A stretch of 64,000 nucleotides of DNA from an uncultured Limnohabitans sp. (GCA_964613865.1 CAZTJM010000002.1:4132-68131), one strand, 5' to 3'. Shown: positions 9,734 through 19,729, counted from the first letter of the stretch. Program-made: numbers and translations. The notes: generated by a model from the letters alone, not told the origin.

Positions 9734-12700
9734 TTAGAAGCCAACATTTAAACCAAACATAAACGTACGCGCGAGCGGATAGCCGCCGGCATCAACACCG
9801 GGCACCAGCGGGCTGCCACCCTGGGCGCTCACCTCAGGATTGTAGCCTTCGTAGTCGGTAAAGGTGTAGGCATTTTGAACGGTGAAGCTGAGCCTTGCAC
9901 TGGACAGCTTGGCTTTTTCCAAAAGGGAAGTCGGCAGATTGTAGCCCAGGGTAATATTCCTGATTCTCAGGAAAGATCCATCCTCGACAAATAGGGAGGT
10001 GATATTGTTGACGACGTTGCTTCCGGCATAGCCGTTGAAGTTGCGGTCGATCATCGGCGAAACACCGTCACCCCGATCCGTCTCGGACATCCAGCCATTG
10101 GAGGCGCTGGAGAGCACATTGTACGATCCGGCGTAGTTGCCATAGTAGCGTCTAGCCGCATTCAGGACTTCAAATCCCTGAACGCCCTGAAGCGTAAAGG
10201 CAAAATCAATGTTTTTGTAAGTGAAAGTATTGGTCATGCCCCACGTGAAATCAGGAAATGGACTGCCCAGAATGGTCCTGTCGTCTGCATTGATCACACC
10301 ATCTCCATTGACATCCTCGAATCTCAGCTGTCCGGGTTTGGACTGCACTGTGCCGTTGCCGTTCAGGATAACGGGGCTGCTGTCAATCTCCTCCTGATTT
10401 TGATAGATCCCGATCACATTGTATCCATAGAAGCTGCCTGGAGCCGATCCGATCTCCGTGATATGGGTAGGCGCACTGGCAGAGGTCGCCTGTCTGGAGA
10501 TGATCGGTGACCCGTCGGGACCCAAGGCTACTACCTCGATGTTGTTGGTTGAGAAATTCAAGTCCGTGGTCCATTTCAGCTTGCCAACCGTGTTTCGGCT
10601 GGTCAAGGTAAATTCGAAGCCCTTGTTTTGAATCTCGCCTATATTTTGCAAGGCAGTAGAATATCCCGTCAAAGTCGGAACAGGTACGTTGAGCAGGAGG
10701 TCGGAAGTCCGTTTATTGTAATAGTCAGCTGAAGCGTAGATCCTGTTTTGCAGCAAGCCTATCTCTATTCCCAAGTCCGTTTGGCTGTTTTTCTCCCAGC
10801 CCAACTTGCTGTTTGGAATATTGGACAGACGGATGCCGTTGCTGACAGTGCCGCCATTGAGTCCCAAAGGATAGTTTTCAATGCTCGTCAGTCCTATTGA
10901 ACCGTAATTGGTGATAAAGTTGTTGCCCGTCAAGCCATAGCTGGCGCGCAGTCTCAACTCCGACAGCCAGGACACGTCGCCCATGAATTCCTCCTCAGAA
11001 ATCCTCCAGCCCAAAGAAATCGAAGGGAATGATCCCCATCGGTTATCCTCTCCAAATCTGGAAGAGCCGTCCCGACGGAAAGTTGCCGTGAGGAGGTATC
11101 TGTCATCGTAATTGTAGTTGACCCGAGCGAGGTAGGAAATCAAGGACCATTCCTCTTTGGTAGATGTCGCGCTAGAGATCAAGCCCGCAGCATTGATGGT
11201 CTTGATGTTGTCATTGGCAAAGTTGGTACCGGTCATTCGATTGATATCGAGCGATTCTTGCTGTACTGTATATCCCAGTACTGCGTCAAAGTTGTGTTTG
11301 CCTATACTCTTGTTGTAGCTGAGCGTAAACTCGGAAAGCCAGTTTCTGATCTGTGAAGTGCCATTGGTGCCAACGGCAGGCTTGGTTGGATTGACGCTAT
11401 TGGGGTTGATGATGGAGGAGCTGAAGATGTCCTCGCGGAAATTACGGATATCCGCACCCCCTAGGGCCTTAAACTTCAGGTTGTCCACCAATAAAAACTC
11501 TGCGAAGGACGTACCCAGAAGTCTGAGGTTTTGCTGCTGGTGAAAGTACTCCTTAGCGATTTTTACCGGGTTGTCCACTTCTGATGTTCCGATGCCTTGA
11601 CCGGTGATCTTGGTATAATTCCCGAATTCATCATATGGGGTAAGGTGCGGTCCTGCGGTAATAGCAGATTGGATAATCCCTCCTCCCTGCCAGTTACCTT
11701 CCGCAAGGGATTGGTTGGAGAAAGTATAGGAAGGCGTAATGTTGGCTCCTACTTTCACCCGCTTATTCATTTGAGACTCCACATTCACCCGGAACGAATA
11801 TCGCTTCAAGTCTGAATTGATGATCACGCCATCCTGGCTGAGATAACCGCCTGAGACAAAGTACTTGGTCTTATCATTTCCTCCGGAAAAATTCAGCTGG
11901 TAATTGCTCATGGCTGCGGTTCGGAAGATTTCATCTTGCCAATTGGTTCCCTCACCCAACGATTCTGGATCGCTAAAGACCTCCGGCAGGAGATACATCA
12001 CATTGTTCAGTCGAACCGAATTGGGATCCGAGGCCGATCTGCCCGGTCCAGAGTTTACCCAAGCATTGTTGCGGGATTCGTTGATGTAGTAAGCAAAGTC
12101 GGTCGCATTGAGTACATCCAAGGTCTTCTCGACTTGCTGCACTCCGGTACTGATACTGAAGTCTATTTTTGACATACCGGACTTACCGGATTTGGTCGTG
12201 ATCAGGATCACGCCGTTCGAGCCCCTCGAGCCATAGATTGCCGTGGCAGAGGCGTCCTTCAGCACTTGGATATTGTCGATGTCATTGGGGTTGATCGTGT
12301 TGAGCGGATTGTTCCGCTGGTCAAAGTCGTTGGTCACTGGAAATCCGTCAACCACATACAGAGGTTCATTGCCAGCACTCAGCGAGCCAGCACCTCGGAT
12401 CCTGACCGATGCTCCCCCACCTGGTGCCCCCGTAGCTTGGGTCACTACCACGCCTGCCAGTCGACCCGCAATCGCTTGGTCAATACTCGCAACAGGCTGA
12501 TCTTTGAGCTCTTCGCTGCTAATAGCGCTCACTGCACCTGTGATGTCTTTTTTCTGCAAAGTGCCGTAGCCGACGACCACAAACTCTTCCAAGTTGTTTT
12601 CCTCGGTCTTCATGACGACTTCCAAAAGCGTAGCCGAACCCACGATGATTCTCTGGCGCTGCATGCCGATGAAGGAAAAAATCAAAGCCTCGCCCTCGGA

Positions 12701-13219
12701 AGCCTCGATGGCAAAATTCCCATCAATGTCCGTCACCGTCCCGTTTGTGGTACCCTCCACCAAGACTGTAACTCCGGGAAGTGGCGCCCCTAATTCATCC
12801 TTGACAGTTCCCGATATCTTTGCCTGCCGAGACTCCGCCTCCACGAGGGATTCTCCAGCCTTGTGTGCGATCACGCTGATGGTATTGTTGACCTGCTTAA
12901 ACCTGAGATTGGTCTGCGTAGCGATCTGATAGAGATGCTGTTCCACCGTCCCAGCCGTCTTGGCAAAGCTCAATCCCGACTGTCCGCCGATGACGGCATC
13001 TGTGTAGAAAAAACTAAAATCGGTCTTGCTTTCAATCTCTCGAAAGAGCTCCTTCAGTGAATAACTTTTCCTATCCAGTTTGAGGTGTACCTCGTCTATG
13101 CTTTTCACCTGGGCCGAGGTCGTGCTGGCCATCAGGGGACTCAATGTGAGACAAAGGATTGCCACTCCTCTGACCAGTAACTTAATAGACATGACTATTA
13201 GTGGTATCGTTTTTTTCAT
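9734..13219 (-). CDS. susC: SusC/RagA TonB-dependent transporter with an N-terminal STN signalling domain
   Basis: STN-like segment (SLKELFREIESKTDFSFFY), CarboxypepD-like domain, VVVGYGT, plug IRIRGAGS / LKDASATAIYGSRGSNGV, and C-terminal GLNVGF. Confidence 0.96.
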   Translation of the reverse strand: MKKTIPLIVMSIKLLVRGVAILCLTLSPLMASTTSAQVKSIDEVHLKLDRKSYSLKELFREIESKTDFSFFYTDAVIGGQSGLSFAKTAGTVEQHLYQIATQTNLRFKQVNNTISVIAHKAGESLVEAESRQAKISGTVKDELGAPLPGVTVLVEGTTNGTVTDIDGNFAIEASEGEALIFSFIGMQRQRIIVGSATLLEVVMKTEENNLEEFVVVGYGTLQKKDITGAVSAISSEELKDQPVASIDQAIAGRLAGVVVTQATGAPGGGASVRIRGAGSLSAGNEPLYVVDGFPVTNDFDQRNNPLNTINPNDIDNIQVLKDASATAIYGSRGSNGVILITTKSGKSGMSKIDFSISTGVQQVEKTLDVLNATDFAYYINESRNNAWVNSGPGRSASDPNSVRLNNVMYLLPEVFSDPESLGEGTNWQDEIFRTAAMSNYQLNFSGGNDKTKYFVSGGYLSQDGVIINSDLKRYSFRVNVESQMNKRVKVGANITPSYTFSNQSLAEGNWQGGGIIQSAITAGPHLTPYDEFGNYTKITGQGIGTSEVDNPVKIAKEYFHQQQNLRLLGTSFAEFLLVDNLKFKALGGADIRNFREDIFSSSIINPNSVNPTKPAVGTNGTSQIRNWLSEFTLSYNKSIGKHNFDAVLGYTVQQESLDINRMTGTNFANDNIKTINAAGLISSATSTKEEWSLISYLARVNYNYDDRYLLTATFRRDGSSRFGEDNRWGSFPSISLGWRISEEEFMGDVSWLSELRLRASYGLTGNNFITNYGSIGLTSIENYPLGLNGGTVSNGIRLSNIPNSKLGWEKNSQTDLGIEIGLLQNRIYASADYYNKRTSDLLLNVPVPTLTGYSTALQNIGEIQNKGFEFTLTSRNTVGKLKWTTDLNFSTNNIEVVALGPDGSPIISRQATSASAPTHITEIGSAPGSFYGYNVIGIYQNQEEIDSSPVILNGNGTVQSKPGQLRFEDVNGDGVINADDRTILGSPFPDFTWGMTNTFTYKNIDFAFTLQGVQGFEVLNAARRYYGNYAGSYNVLSSASNGWMSETDRGDGVSPMIDRNFNGYAGSNVVNNITSLFVEDGSFLRIRNITLGYNLPTSLLEKAKLSSARLSFTVQNAYTFTDYEGYNPEVSAQGGSPLVPGVDAGGYPLARTFMFGLNVGF

Positions 13220-13306
13220 ATTTTAGGGTTGTAAGTTGAAACATAGAAATACCCTCGGATGACAGACCGCTAAGCTTTAGTCCTTGGGTGCCGTGTTTTG
13301 GTTTTC

Positions 13307-13343
13307 ACAGGAGCGTATTCGCAGTACGTTCCTGTACTTTTTT
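13307..13343 (+). terminator. Hairpin plus T-run oriented antisense to the fecR-susC transcript
   Basis: ACAGGAGCGTA-TTCGCAG-TACGTTCCTGT followed by ACTTTTTT on the plus strand. Confidence 0.65.
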
Positions 13344-13370
13344 ATGTCCTTTGGATCTCACATAGGCAGC

Positions 13371-14390
13371 TTAGTTGAATGTGATTATTACTTCTTTTTC
13401 TTTCAGTTCGTATTCGAAATCCATCGAGGCGCCCAGGACATGCAGCACGTTTCGCAGACTCTCATTGCTGTCAAATGTCCCTGTAGCCTTGATCGCGCCG
13501 GGATCTCCCCTGACTTGTATTTTTACCCCGTACCAGCGTTCCAGCATAGGAATCATCCGGTCAAAGGGCGTCTCGGCAAACCTTAAGACCCCTTCCGTCC
13601 AACTCACTTTGTCAAACACCTCCACGGTATACTTGCTCAGCTGGGATTGTTGCGCTGATAGCAGGGACTCTTCGCCGGGATTGAGTTCTATGGAATTTTT
13701 TGCGTCCTTTTGTGCGAGCCTAACTTTCCCTGTCACCAAAGTGACGGCGACCTTTTCCTCTTCCTGGAAAGTCGAAATATTGAAAGACGTGCCCAAAGCG
13801 GTGGTCAAGACTCCTTTGGCCTCCACAGTAAACGGATGGGCTTCATCCCTCGCAACCTTAAAAAAGCCTTCTCCCTCGAGTTGGATCTGTCGATTCCCGA
13901 GGAAGTCTTCGGGGTAGGTGATTTTGCTTTCCGAATTGAGAAAAACAGTGGATCCATCCGGGAGGTTGATTCTTGTTTTTTGTCCCGCTGGATTTTCGCG
14001 GACGATCATCTTGGGAGCAGCCTGCGAAAGCTTCGCTGGCGATTCCACCTGTCTGCCGATCTCAAAATAGAATAGAGCCGAGATTCCCAAAAGTACCAAC
14101 ACCACGGCCGCCTTGAGCCAGGATGGAATAAGCCTCCTGACCGGCTTCGAATCCACCGCGAGATAAGGCTTGGGATGGCTGTCCTTGGCTTGCTTGATCT
14201 TATTCCAAAGTGGCTTAGGATCCCAACCTTCAGCCTGATGGCTTCGGATCTTTTCAGACCAAGCCTGTAGAATTTCCGCGGACAAAAATTCTTCCGCCTC
14301 CGAGGAGTCTAGCCAATCGAGGAGTTCCTGAGCCTGTTCGCGGCTCAGTTTTCCAGCAAAAAAATCATCTATACGTTTCTTGTGATCCAT
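13371..14390 (-). CDS. fecR: FecR family anti-sigma factor
   Basis: N-terminal W-rich helical domain, single TM segment, LPDGSTVFLNSES, LEGEGFFKV, TALGTSFN, and C-terminal LERWYGV domain. Confidence 0.95.
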   Translation of the reverse strand: MDHKKRIDDFFAGKLSREQAQELLDWLDSSEAEEFLSAEILQAWSEKIRSHQAEGWDPKPLWNKIKQAKDSHPKPYLAVDSKPVRRLIPSWLKAAVVLVLLGISALFYFEIGRQVESPAKLSQAAPKMIVRENPAGQKTRINLPDGSTVFLNSESKITYPEDFLGNRQIQLEGEGFFKVARDEAHPFTVEAKGVLTTALGTSFNISTFQEEEKVAVTLVTGKVRLAQKDAKNSIELNPGEESLLSAQQSQLSKYTVEVFDKVSWTEGVLRFAETPFDRMIPMLERWYGVKIQVRGDPGAIKATGTFDSNESLRNVLHVLGASMDFEYELKEKEVIITFN

Positions 14391-14497
14391 TTGGAGCTAT
14401 TTACTAGTACATATAGCCCCAAGTCGGAAAAAATACTCACGAGCTTTTGAAAATAATTTGCACTTTTTTCAAAAACACGATAGAACCTACTGGAGAT

Positions 14498-15118
14498 TCA
14501 GTCCAATACCTGCATCAATACGGAATTGAGCGTGATCACGAAAACACCCGCCGAGATGATTTTCAGCTTGACGAGCTTTTCCCTCACGGCTTTGGTCGAG
14601 CGGAAAATTTGGTTTTCGACGGTTCTTCTAGAAATATTCAACCGCTCAGCGATCTCTTCTACTGACAGGTTTTCAAAATGCCGAAGAACGAAAATCTGTT
14701 TTTGTGCTGCCGGTAGCTGTTCGATGATCTCCTTCGAAATGTTGTGAAACTCCGAAAAGATAAATTCCTCCTCGGGACTGTTATTCCTTTCGGCCTCATA
14801 GAGGGGAATCTTGTAGTTCTGAAAAGCAAAAAACCGGGCTTCCTTTTTAGCTTTTTTAATGACTAAAGACCTGACGATCGAGATCATGTAGGCGTTGATG
14901 GAAAGCTGTGGATCTAGTTTGTGTCTTTTCTTCCAGATCTTAAGAAAAACCTCCTGAACGATACCCTCCGCATCTTCGTGCCCGAGGTTCATTCTCCTAG
15001 ACACGTGGTAAATCTTCTCGGAAAATAGCATGTAGAGCTTCTCAAAAGCCTTTTCATCGCCTTTGGACAGCTCCATGACCAATTGTTGATGCGGATGTGT
15101 ACCGAATTCGGCTGCCAT
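14498..15118 (-). CDS. ECF sigma-70 factor (Bacteroidota FecI-type)
   Basis: Region 2 AEGIVQEVFLKIW and region 4 LPAAQKQIFVLRHFENLSVEEIAERLNISRRTVENQI; adjacent to fecR. Confidence 0.93.
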   Translation of the reverse strand: MAAEFGTHPHQQLVMELSKGDEKAFEKLYMLFSEKIYHVSRRMNLGHEDAEGIVQEVFLKIWKKRHKLDPQLSINAYMISIVRSLVIKKAKKEARFFAFQNYKIPLYEAERNNSPEEEFIFSEFHNISKEIIEQLPAAQKQIFVLRHFENLSVEEIAERLNISRRTVENQIFRSTKAVREKLVKLKIISAGVFVITLNSVLMQVLD

Positions 15119-15364
15119 AATTTTTCAGAACCTACTCCAAAGCAAACAATTAAAGTTGATTCTGCAACATCTGAATCTCCGGCAAAATTTAAAAACAAAC
15201 GGCCGAGGCAAGCTGCTGCTTCCTTTCATGGGCATTGGACAAGATTGGAGAATTGCATCCAACTGGGCTAACGACTCGGCCAAACCGAAAATTTCACACC
15301 CCTGAATATCAATGCTTTTAAGAATTTTATTCGTAAATTATTCGAAGACAAAACCCAAAAAACC

Positions 15365-15808
15365 ATGAATAGCCTCACTAAAATCGAACATTGGGCCGAC
15401 ACCCACCATCCACAATGGATAGACTTTGTCCGGATCATTCTTGGACTGTTTATTCTTTACAAGGGAATACTATTTATTTCTGATACGAATGCACTTCTCT
15501 CGATTATGAAGTCGGCGGACTTACAATTTGTGAACCTCGGGCTTGCGCACTACGTGGCTTTCGCGCACTTAGTCGGGGGACTGCTGATTGCACTAGGCTT
15601 GGTCACTCGATTCGCTATCCTTTTCCAGCTTCCCATATTGCTAGTGGCAGTTTTCCTGGTAAACTCCCAGCAGGGTTTCCTTATCGTTTCCAACAATTTG
15701 GAATTCCCTATTTCTGTGATAGTGCTTATCCTGCTTATTGTTTTTTTGATTTACGGATCTGGAAAATTCTCGATTGACAACTGGATGAAGAAACACCCAA
15801 CTTGGTGA
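15365..15808 (+). CDS. DoxX family membrane protein
   Basis: RIILGLFILYKG, AHLVGGLLIALGLVTR and GSGKFSID motifs; about 4 TM segments. Confidence 0.88.
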   Translation: MNSLTKIEHWADTHHPQWIDFVRIILGLFILYKGILFISDTNALLSIMKSADLQFVNLGLAHYVAFAHLVGGLLIALGLVTRFAILFQLPILLVAVFLVNSQQGFLIVSNNLEFPISVIVLILLIVFLIYGSGKFSIDNWMKKHPTW

Positions 15809-15857
15809 TAAGAACATCGCGTCGAACCTAGCAAAGAATATCATTGATTCAACAAAG

Positions 15858-15896
15858 AAAGACCTGCTGAGCCATATCTTGGTGTCGCAGGTCTTT
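15858..15896 (+). terminator. Stem-loop downstream of the DoxX gene
   Basis: AAAGACCTGC...GCAGGTCTTT inverted repeat. Confidence 0.55.
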
Positions 15897-16311
15897 CGCA
15901 TTTTCATACCTGGAACTTACTTAATCATTCTTCTTCTAATCCTTGTTGTACCATAAAACTCAACAATCCACTAATTAATGAGGCAATAGCAAACCTAAAT
16001 CACCTAAGTAATTTATCAACCAAAAAACTTATTAAAAAAAGCTTACATACAAAAATAAGACACATTACATATTTATAGTTAAAGACAAAGTACCAAGTCA
16101 AAACTCCATAAAACAAGCTAATACCACTCAGAATAAGCAAATACAATAACTTAACAATCAATCACTTGGATAAACAATATAATTTCAATAAATTCAGCAA
16201 TTAATCCAACAAGATCTTGTATAGATCTTCATCAGAGTATTTTTTGACACTCTGCTCACAGCAAATCGAACTGCTAAACTTTTAATTTTTCACTTTTAAC
16301 CATTTGTTATC

Positions 16312-19300
16312 ATGGCAACAAAAAACAAATCCCAAAATCAACCAGATCTTCATGAATTGGTAGTCATATTTAAAGATGACGCTCAAATCGAAACCAGTAA
16401 AAACACATTTAGAACGGCAAAAAGTACCGCCATTGGCACGCTGAACACCTCGATAAAAAGGCTAAAAAGCAAGGTTCAGCCGATCTTCAATCCCAAGATT
16501 GCGCTGAATGATATGCCGACGGAATTCAAGTCTTTTGCCCGATCGACACGCCTGAATCCCGCTTCTTTTTTCACTGTGCAGAGCGAATCCAACCTTGAAG
16601 GCTTGCTGGATGAATTCCTGAAAGATCCTTTGGTCGAGGGAGCCTATATCAAACCTCCGGCAGAAGATCCAAACAGCGCTTGGAAAAGTCCGGATTTCAC
16701 TGGAAATCAAGGCTATCTCGATGCCGCTCCCGGTGGTGTCGATGCAAAATTTTCATGGAAACTGGTCGGAGGTCGAGGCAATGGAATCGGTGTTGTCGAT
16801 GTCGAGCAAGGCTTTAACCTGACCCATGAGGACCTTCGAGCCAAGATCTCCAGTATCTTGGGAGGAAACAATGTGACTTCCTCCCGCAACCATGGAACGG
16901 CCGTCTTGGGTGTCATCGCAGGCGCTGAAAGTTCCATCGGGGTGACTGGAATAAGCTCCGATGTCCAACTCCGGGCCATTTCACACAACGGGCAAGGAAC
17001 CGCCCAAGCAATCATCAACGCAGCAAATGCCAGTAAAGCTGGAGATATCATATTGCTGGAAGTGCATCGAGCCGGGCCTGCGTTCAATTTTCAGGGACGG
17101 GATGATCAGCGCGGCTACATCGCCATCGAGTGGTGGCCAGACGATTTTGCAGCGGTTACTTACGCGACAGCCAAGGGAATCATTGTAGTGGAAGCGGCAG
17201 GCAACGGAATGGAAAATTTTGATCTGGAGATCTATAACAAAAGGCCTTCGGGCTGGCCAAATAGCTGGAAAAACCCTTTCAATCCTTCAAATCCCCAGTC
17301 CGGAGCTATCATAGTCGGGGCAGGCGCCTCCCCTTCCTCCTCCATGGACCGAAGCATTTTGAGCTTCTCCAATTGGGGAAAACGCGTGGATGTCCAAGGC
17401 TGGGGACACAATGTAGCCACGACAGGCTATGGCAATATGCAGGGAGACAAATTTGTGTGCCTTAATCCAGCGAATAACTGGACCGTAGAAGCTGGCTATC
17501 CGAAATCTCCAATAGGTGCTGGTCCAGGCTTTCTAAGCGCGATGGGCAATGGAATCAGCGCTTCCTTTTGGTGTGACCACAACCAAAAGGTCTATTTCTT
17601 TAAAAAAGACGAGTACTATCGCGTAGACCCAAACAATGGATGGACGGTCGAGCCCGATTATCCAAAGCCCATTGCTGGCAACTGGCCAGGCATGCCGGCC
17701 GACTTTGCTAACGGGATAGACGCGGCTTTATGGAGCGACACCAACAAAAGAATTTACTTTTTCAAAGGAAACCAATATGTCAAGATAAATCCGTCGGTAA
17801 GCTGGAATGTGGAAGCTGGATATCCAAAGCCAATTTCTGGGAACTGGCCGGGATTCCCCGCCTCTTTTGCCAGCGGCGTCGATGCGGCTATCTACAGCTA
17901 CGTCAACAACAAAATCTACTTTTTCAAAGGAAACAAATATCTGAGAATCAACCCCTCCGTGTCATGGAATATGGAGGCTGGCTATCCAAAGACGATTAGC
18001 TCCAGTTGGCGCAACATGCCGTCAGAATTTAACAGAGGAGTCGATTCGGCACTTTGGGACAAAACGACAGACAAAGTATTCTTCCTTAAAACAGAAGATC
18101 TCTGGTACACGTCCTCTTTCAGCGGTACCTCGAGTGCATCCCCTGTCGTCACGGGATCCGTGGCCTGTATACAGGGCAGACTAAAAGCCCGCGGAAAATC
18201 GCTTTTGACCTCGGATGGGATGAGAAACCTCCTTCGAAACACCGGATCCCCCCAGCAGCGACTCAGCGGTAGCAATGAATCCAACGCCGACTCCAACTGG
18301 AGGGGCATTAATGCCTCCTTTGGCAGCGGCTTCGATGCATCCCTTTGGAACGGAAAGTCAAACAACATCTATTTCTTTAAAGGAAACCAATACGCGAAAG
18401 TTGATCCAGCCAATAACTGGAACATAGAACCCGGCTATCCCAAGCCGATCGAAGATAACTGGCCCGGCATGCCATCCAGCTTCCTTTCGGGGATCAACGC
18501 AGCGCTTTGGAGTGAGACAAACAAAAAAGTATACATGTTCAAGGGCAATGAGTTTATCCGCATAGACCCTTTCAATGGCTGGAATGTCGAACCCGGATAT
18601 CCAAAACCAATCGCTGGAAGTTGGCCGGGTTTTCCTGCTTCTTTCACGTCCGGGGTGAACGCCGCTCTTTACAGCAAAACCAACGGCAAAATCTATTTCT
18701 TCAAAGGAAGTGAATACATTCGAATCAACCCATCAGTGAGCTGGAATGTCGAGGCGGGTTATCCTAAGCCGATCGCTGGAAACTGGCCAGGAATGCCTGC
18801 AGATTTTGCTTCAGGCCTGGATGCGGCTACTTGGAGTGGAACCAACAACAAGATCTACTTTTTCAAAGGTGAGAAGTATGTGCGGATTTCCCCCCAAACG
18901 AGCTGGGACGTAGAGTCCGGGTATCCTCAGATCATTGCCAGACAGCGGATCGGCAATCGGCCAAATTTGAAACAAGTATTCCAAAACCTAAACCTGGATT
19001 CCAATTGGCCGGGTTTCCCCCAAAGTTTCGGTCAAGATCTCGACGCATCTCTTTGGAGCGACCCAAACAAAAAAGTTTATTTCTTCAAGGGAAGCCAATA
19101 CATCAAAGTCGATCCTTTCAACGATTGGGAAATGGAATCCGGATATCCAAAATCCATCTCTTCAGGCTGGCCAGGATTCCCCAGCACCTTTGCATCTGGG
19201 GTTGATGCTGCCATTTGGACCAAAACCAACGATAGGATCTACTTCTTCAAGGGTAGCCAGTACATTAAGGTTAATCCGGCAAGCGGCTGGGCAGTGGAAC

Positions 19301-19653
19301 CGGGGTATCCGAAACAAATAGCAGGAAATTGGCCTGGACTCCCTGCTTCATTCTCTTCAGGAATCGAAGCCGCGCTATGGTCTGGCACAAACAATAAGAT
19401 CTATTTCTTCAAAGGCAACCAATATGTGAGAATAGACCCGCTGAATGGCTGGAACATGGATAGTGGATACCCCAAAAACATTAATTCAGCGTGGAAGGGA
19501 ATGCCATCTACGTTCAACAGCGGCATCAACGCTGCCCTGTGGAACGGTAAATCCTCCAACATCTATTTCTTCAAAGGCTCACAGTACTTGAAGATCTTAC
19601 CAAATAACAATTGGACTATGGAAAAGGGATATCCTAGAGAAATCAGATCCTGA
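16312..19653 (+). CDS. S8 (subtilisin-like) serine peptidase with an N-terminal prodomain and 12 hemopexin-like repeats in three 4-blade blocks
   Basis: Catalytic motifs GVVDVEQG (Asp ~163), NHGTAVLG (His ~194), AAGNG (Asn ~298) and FSGTSSASP (Ser ~607). Twelve copies of NWPG(F/M)P..G(I/V)DAA.W...IYFFKG..Y..I.P...W.VE.GYPK.I. No signal peptide. Confidence 0.92.
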   Translation: MATKNKSQNQPDLHELVVIFKDDAQIETSKNTFRTAKSTAIGTLNTSIKRLKSKVQPIFNPKIALNDMPTEFKSFARSTRLNPASFFTVQSESNLEGLLDEFLKDPLVEGAYIKPPAEDPNSAWKSPDFTGNQGYLDAAPGGVDAKFSWKLVGGRGNGIGVVDVEQGFNLTHEDLRAKISSILGGNNVTSSRNHGTAVLGVIAGAESSIGVTGISSDVQLRAISHNGQGTAQAIINAANASKAGDIILLEVHRAGPAFNFQGRDDQRGYIAIEWWPDDFAAVTYATAKGIIVVEAAGNGMENFDLEIYNKRPSGWPNSWKNPFNPSNPQSGAIIVGAGASPSSSMDRSILSFSNWGKRVDVQGWGHNVATTGYGNMQGDKFVCLNPANNWTVEAGYPKSPIGAGPGFLSAMGNGISASFWCDHNQKVYFFKKDEYYRVDPNNGWTVEPDYPKPIAGNWPGMPADFANGIDAALWSDTNKRIYFFKGNQYVKINPSVSWNVEAGYPKPISGNWPGFPASFASGVDAAIYSYVNNKIYFFKGNKYLRINPSVSWNMEAGYPKTISSSWRNMPSEFNRGVDSALWDKTTDKVFFLKTEDLWYTSSFSGTSSASPVVTGSVACIQGRLKARGKSLLTSDGMRNLLRNTGSPQQRLSGSNESNADSNWRGINASFGSGFDASLWNGKSNNIYFFKGNQYAKVDPANNWNIEPGYPKPIEDNWPGMPSSFLSGINAALWSETNKKVYMFKGNEFIRIDPFNGWNVEPGYPKPIAGSWPGFPASFTSGVNAALYSKTNGKIYFFKGSEYIRINPSVSWNVEAGYPKPIAGNWPGMPADFASGLDAATWSGTNNKIYFFKGEKYVRISPQTSWDVESGYPQIIARQRIGNRPNLKQVFQNLNLDSNWPGFPQSFGQDLDASLWSDPNKKVYFFKGSQYIKVDPFNDWEMESGYPKSISSGWPGFPSTFASGVDAAIWTKTNDRIYFFKGSQYIKVNPASGWAVEPGYPKQIAGNWPGLPASFSSGIEAALWSGTNNKIYFFKGNQYVRIDPLNGWNMDSGYPKNINSAWKGMPSTFNSGINAALWNGKSSNIYFFKGSQYLKILPNNNWTMEKGYPREIRS

Positions 19654-19729
19654 ATCGAATCTGGCGAATGGATAGGCTTGAGCTGAAAACACCGTTTAAG
19701 CCTATCCTCGTTTGATTGCTATTATCACT

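Noticed and set aside
15808-16311. RiPP precursor peptide for the ATP-grasp enzyme
   Set aside because: I found no convincing small ORF with repeated core motifs here or at 20140-20234.
17450-19650. Regularly spaced DNA repeats (about 140 bp period) that could suggest a CRISPR or other array
   Set aside because: They are the in-frame hemopexin repeats of one ORF, diverged at synonymous sites, with no identical direct repeats or unique spacers.
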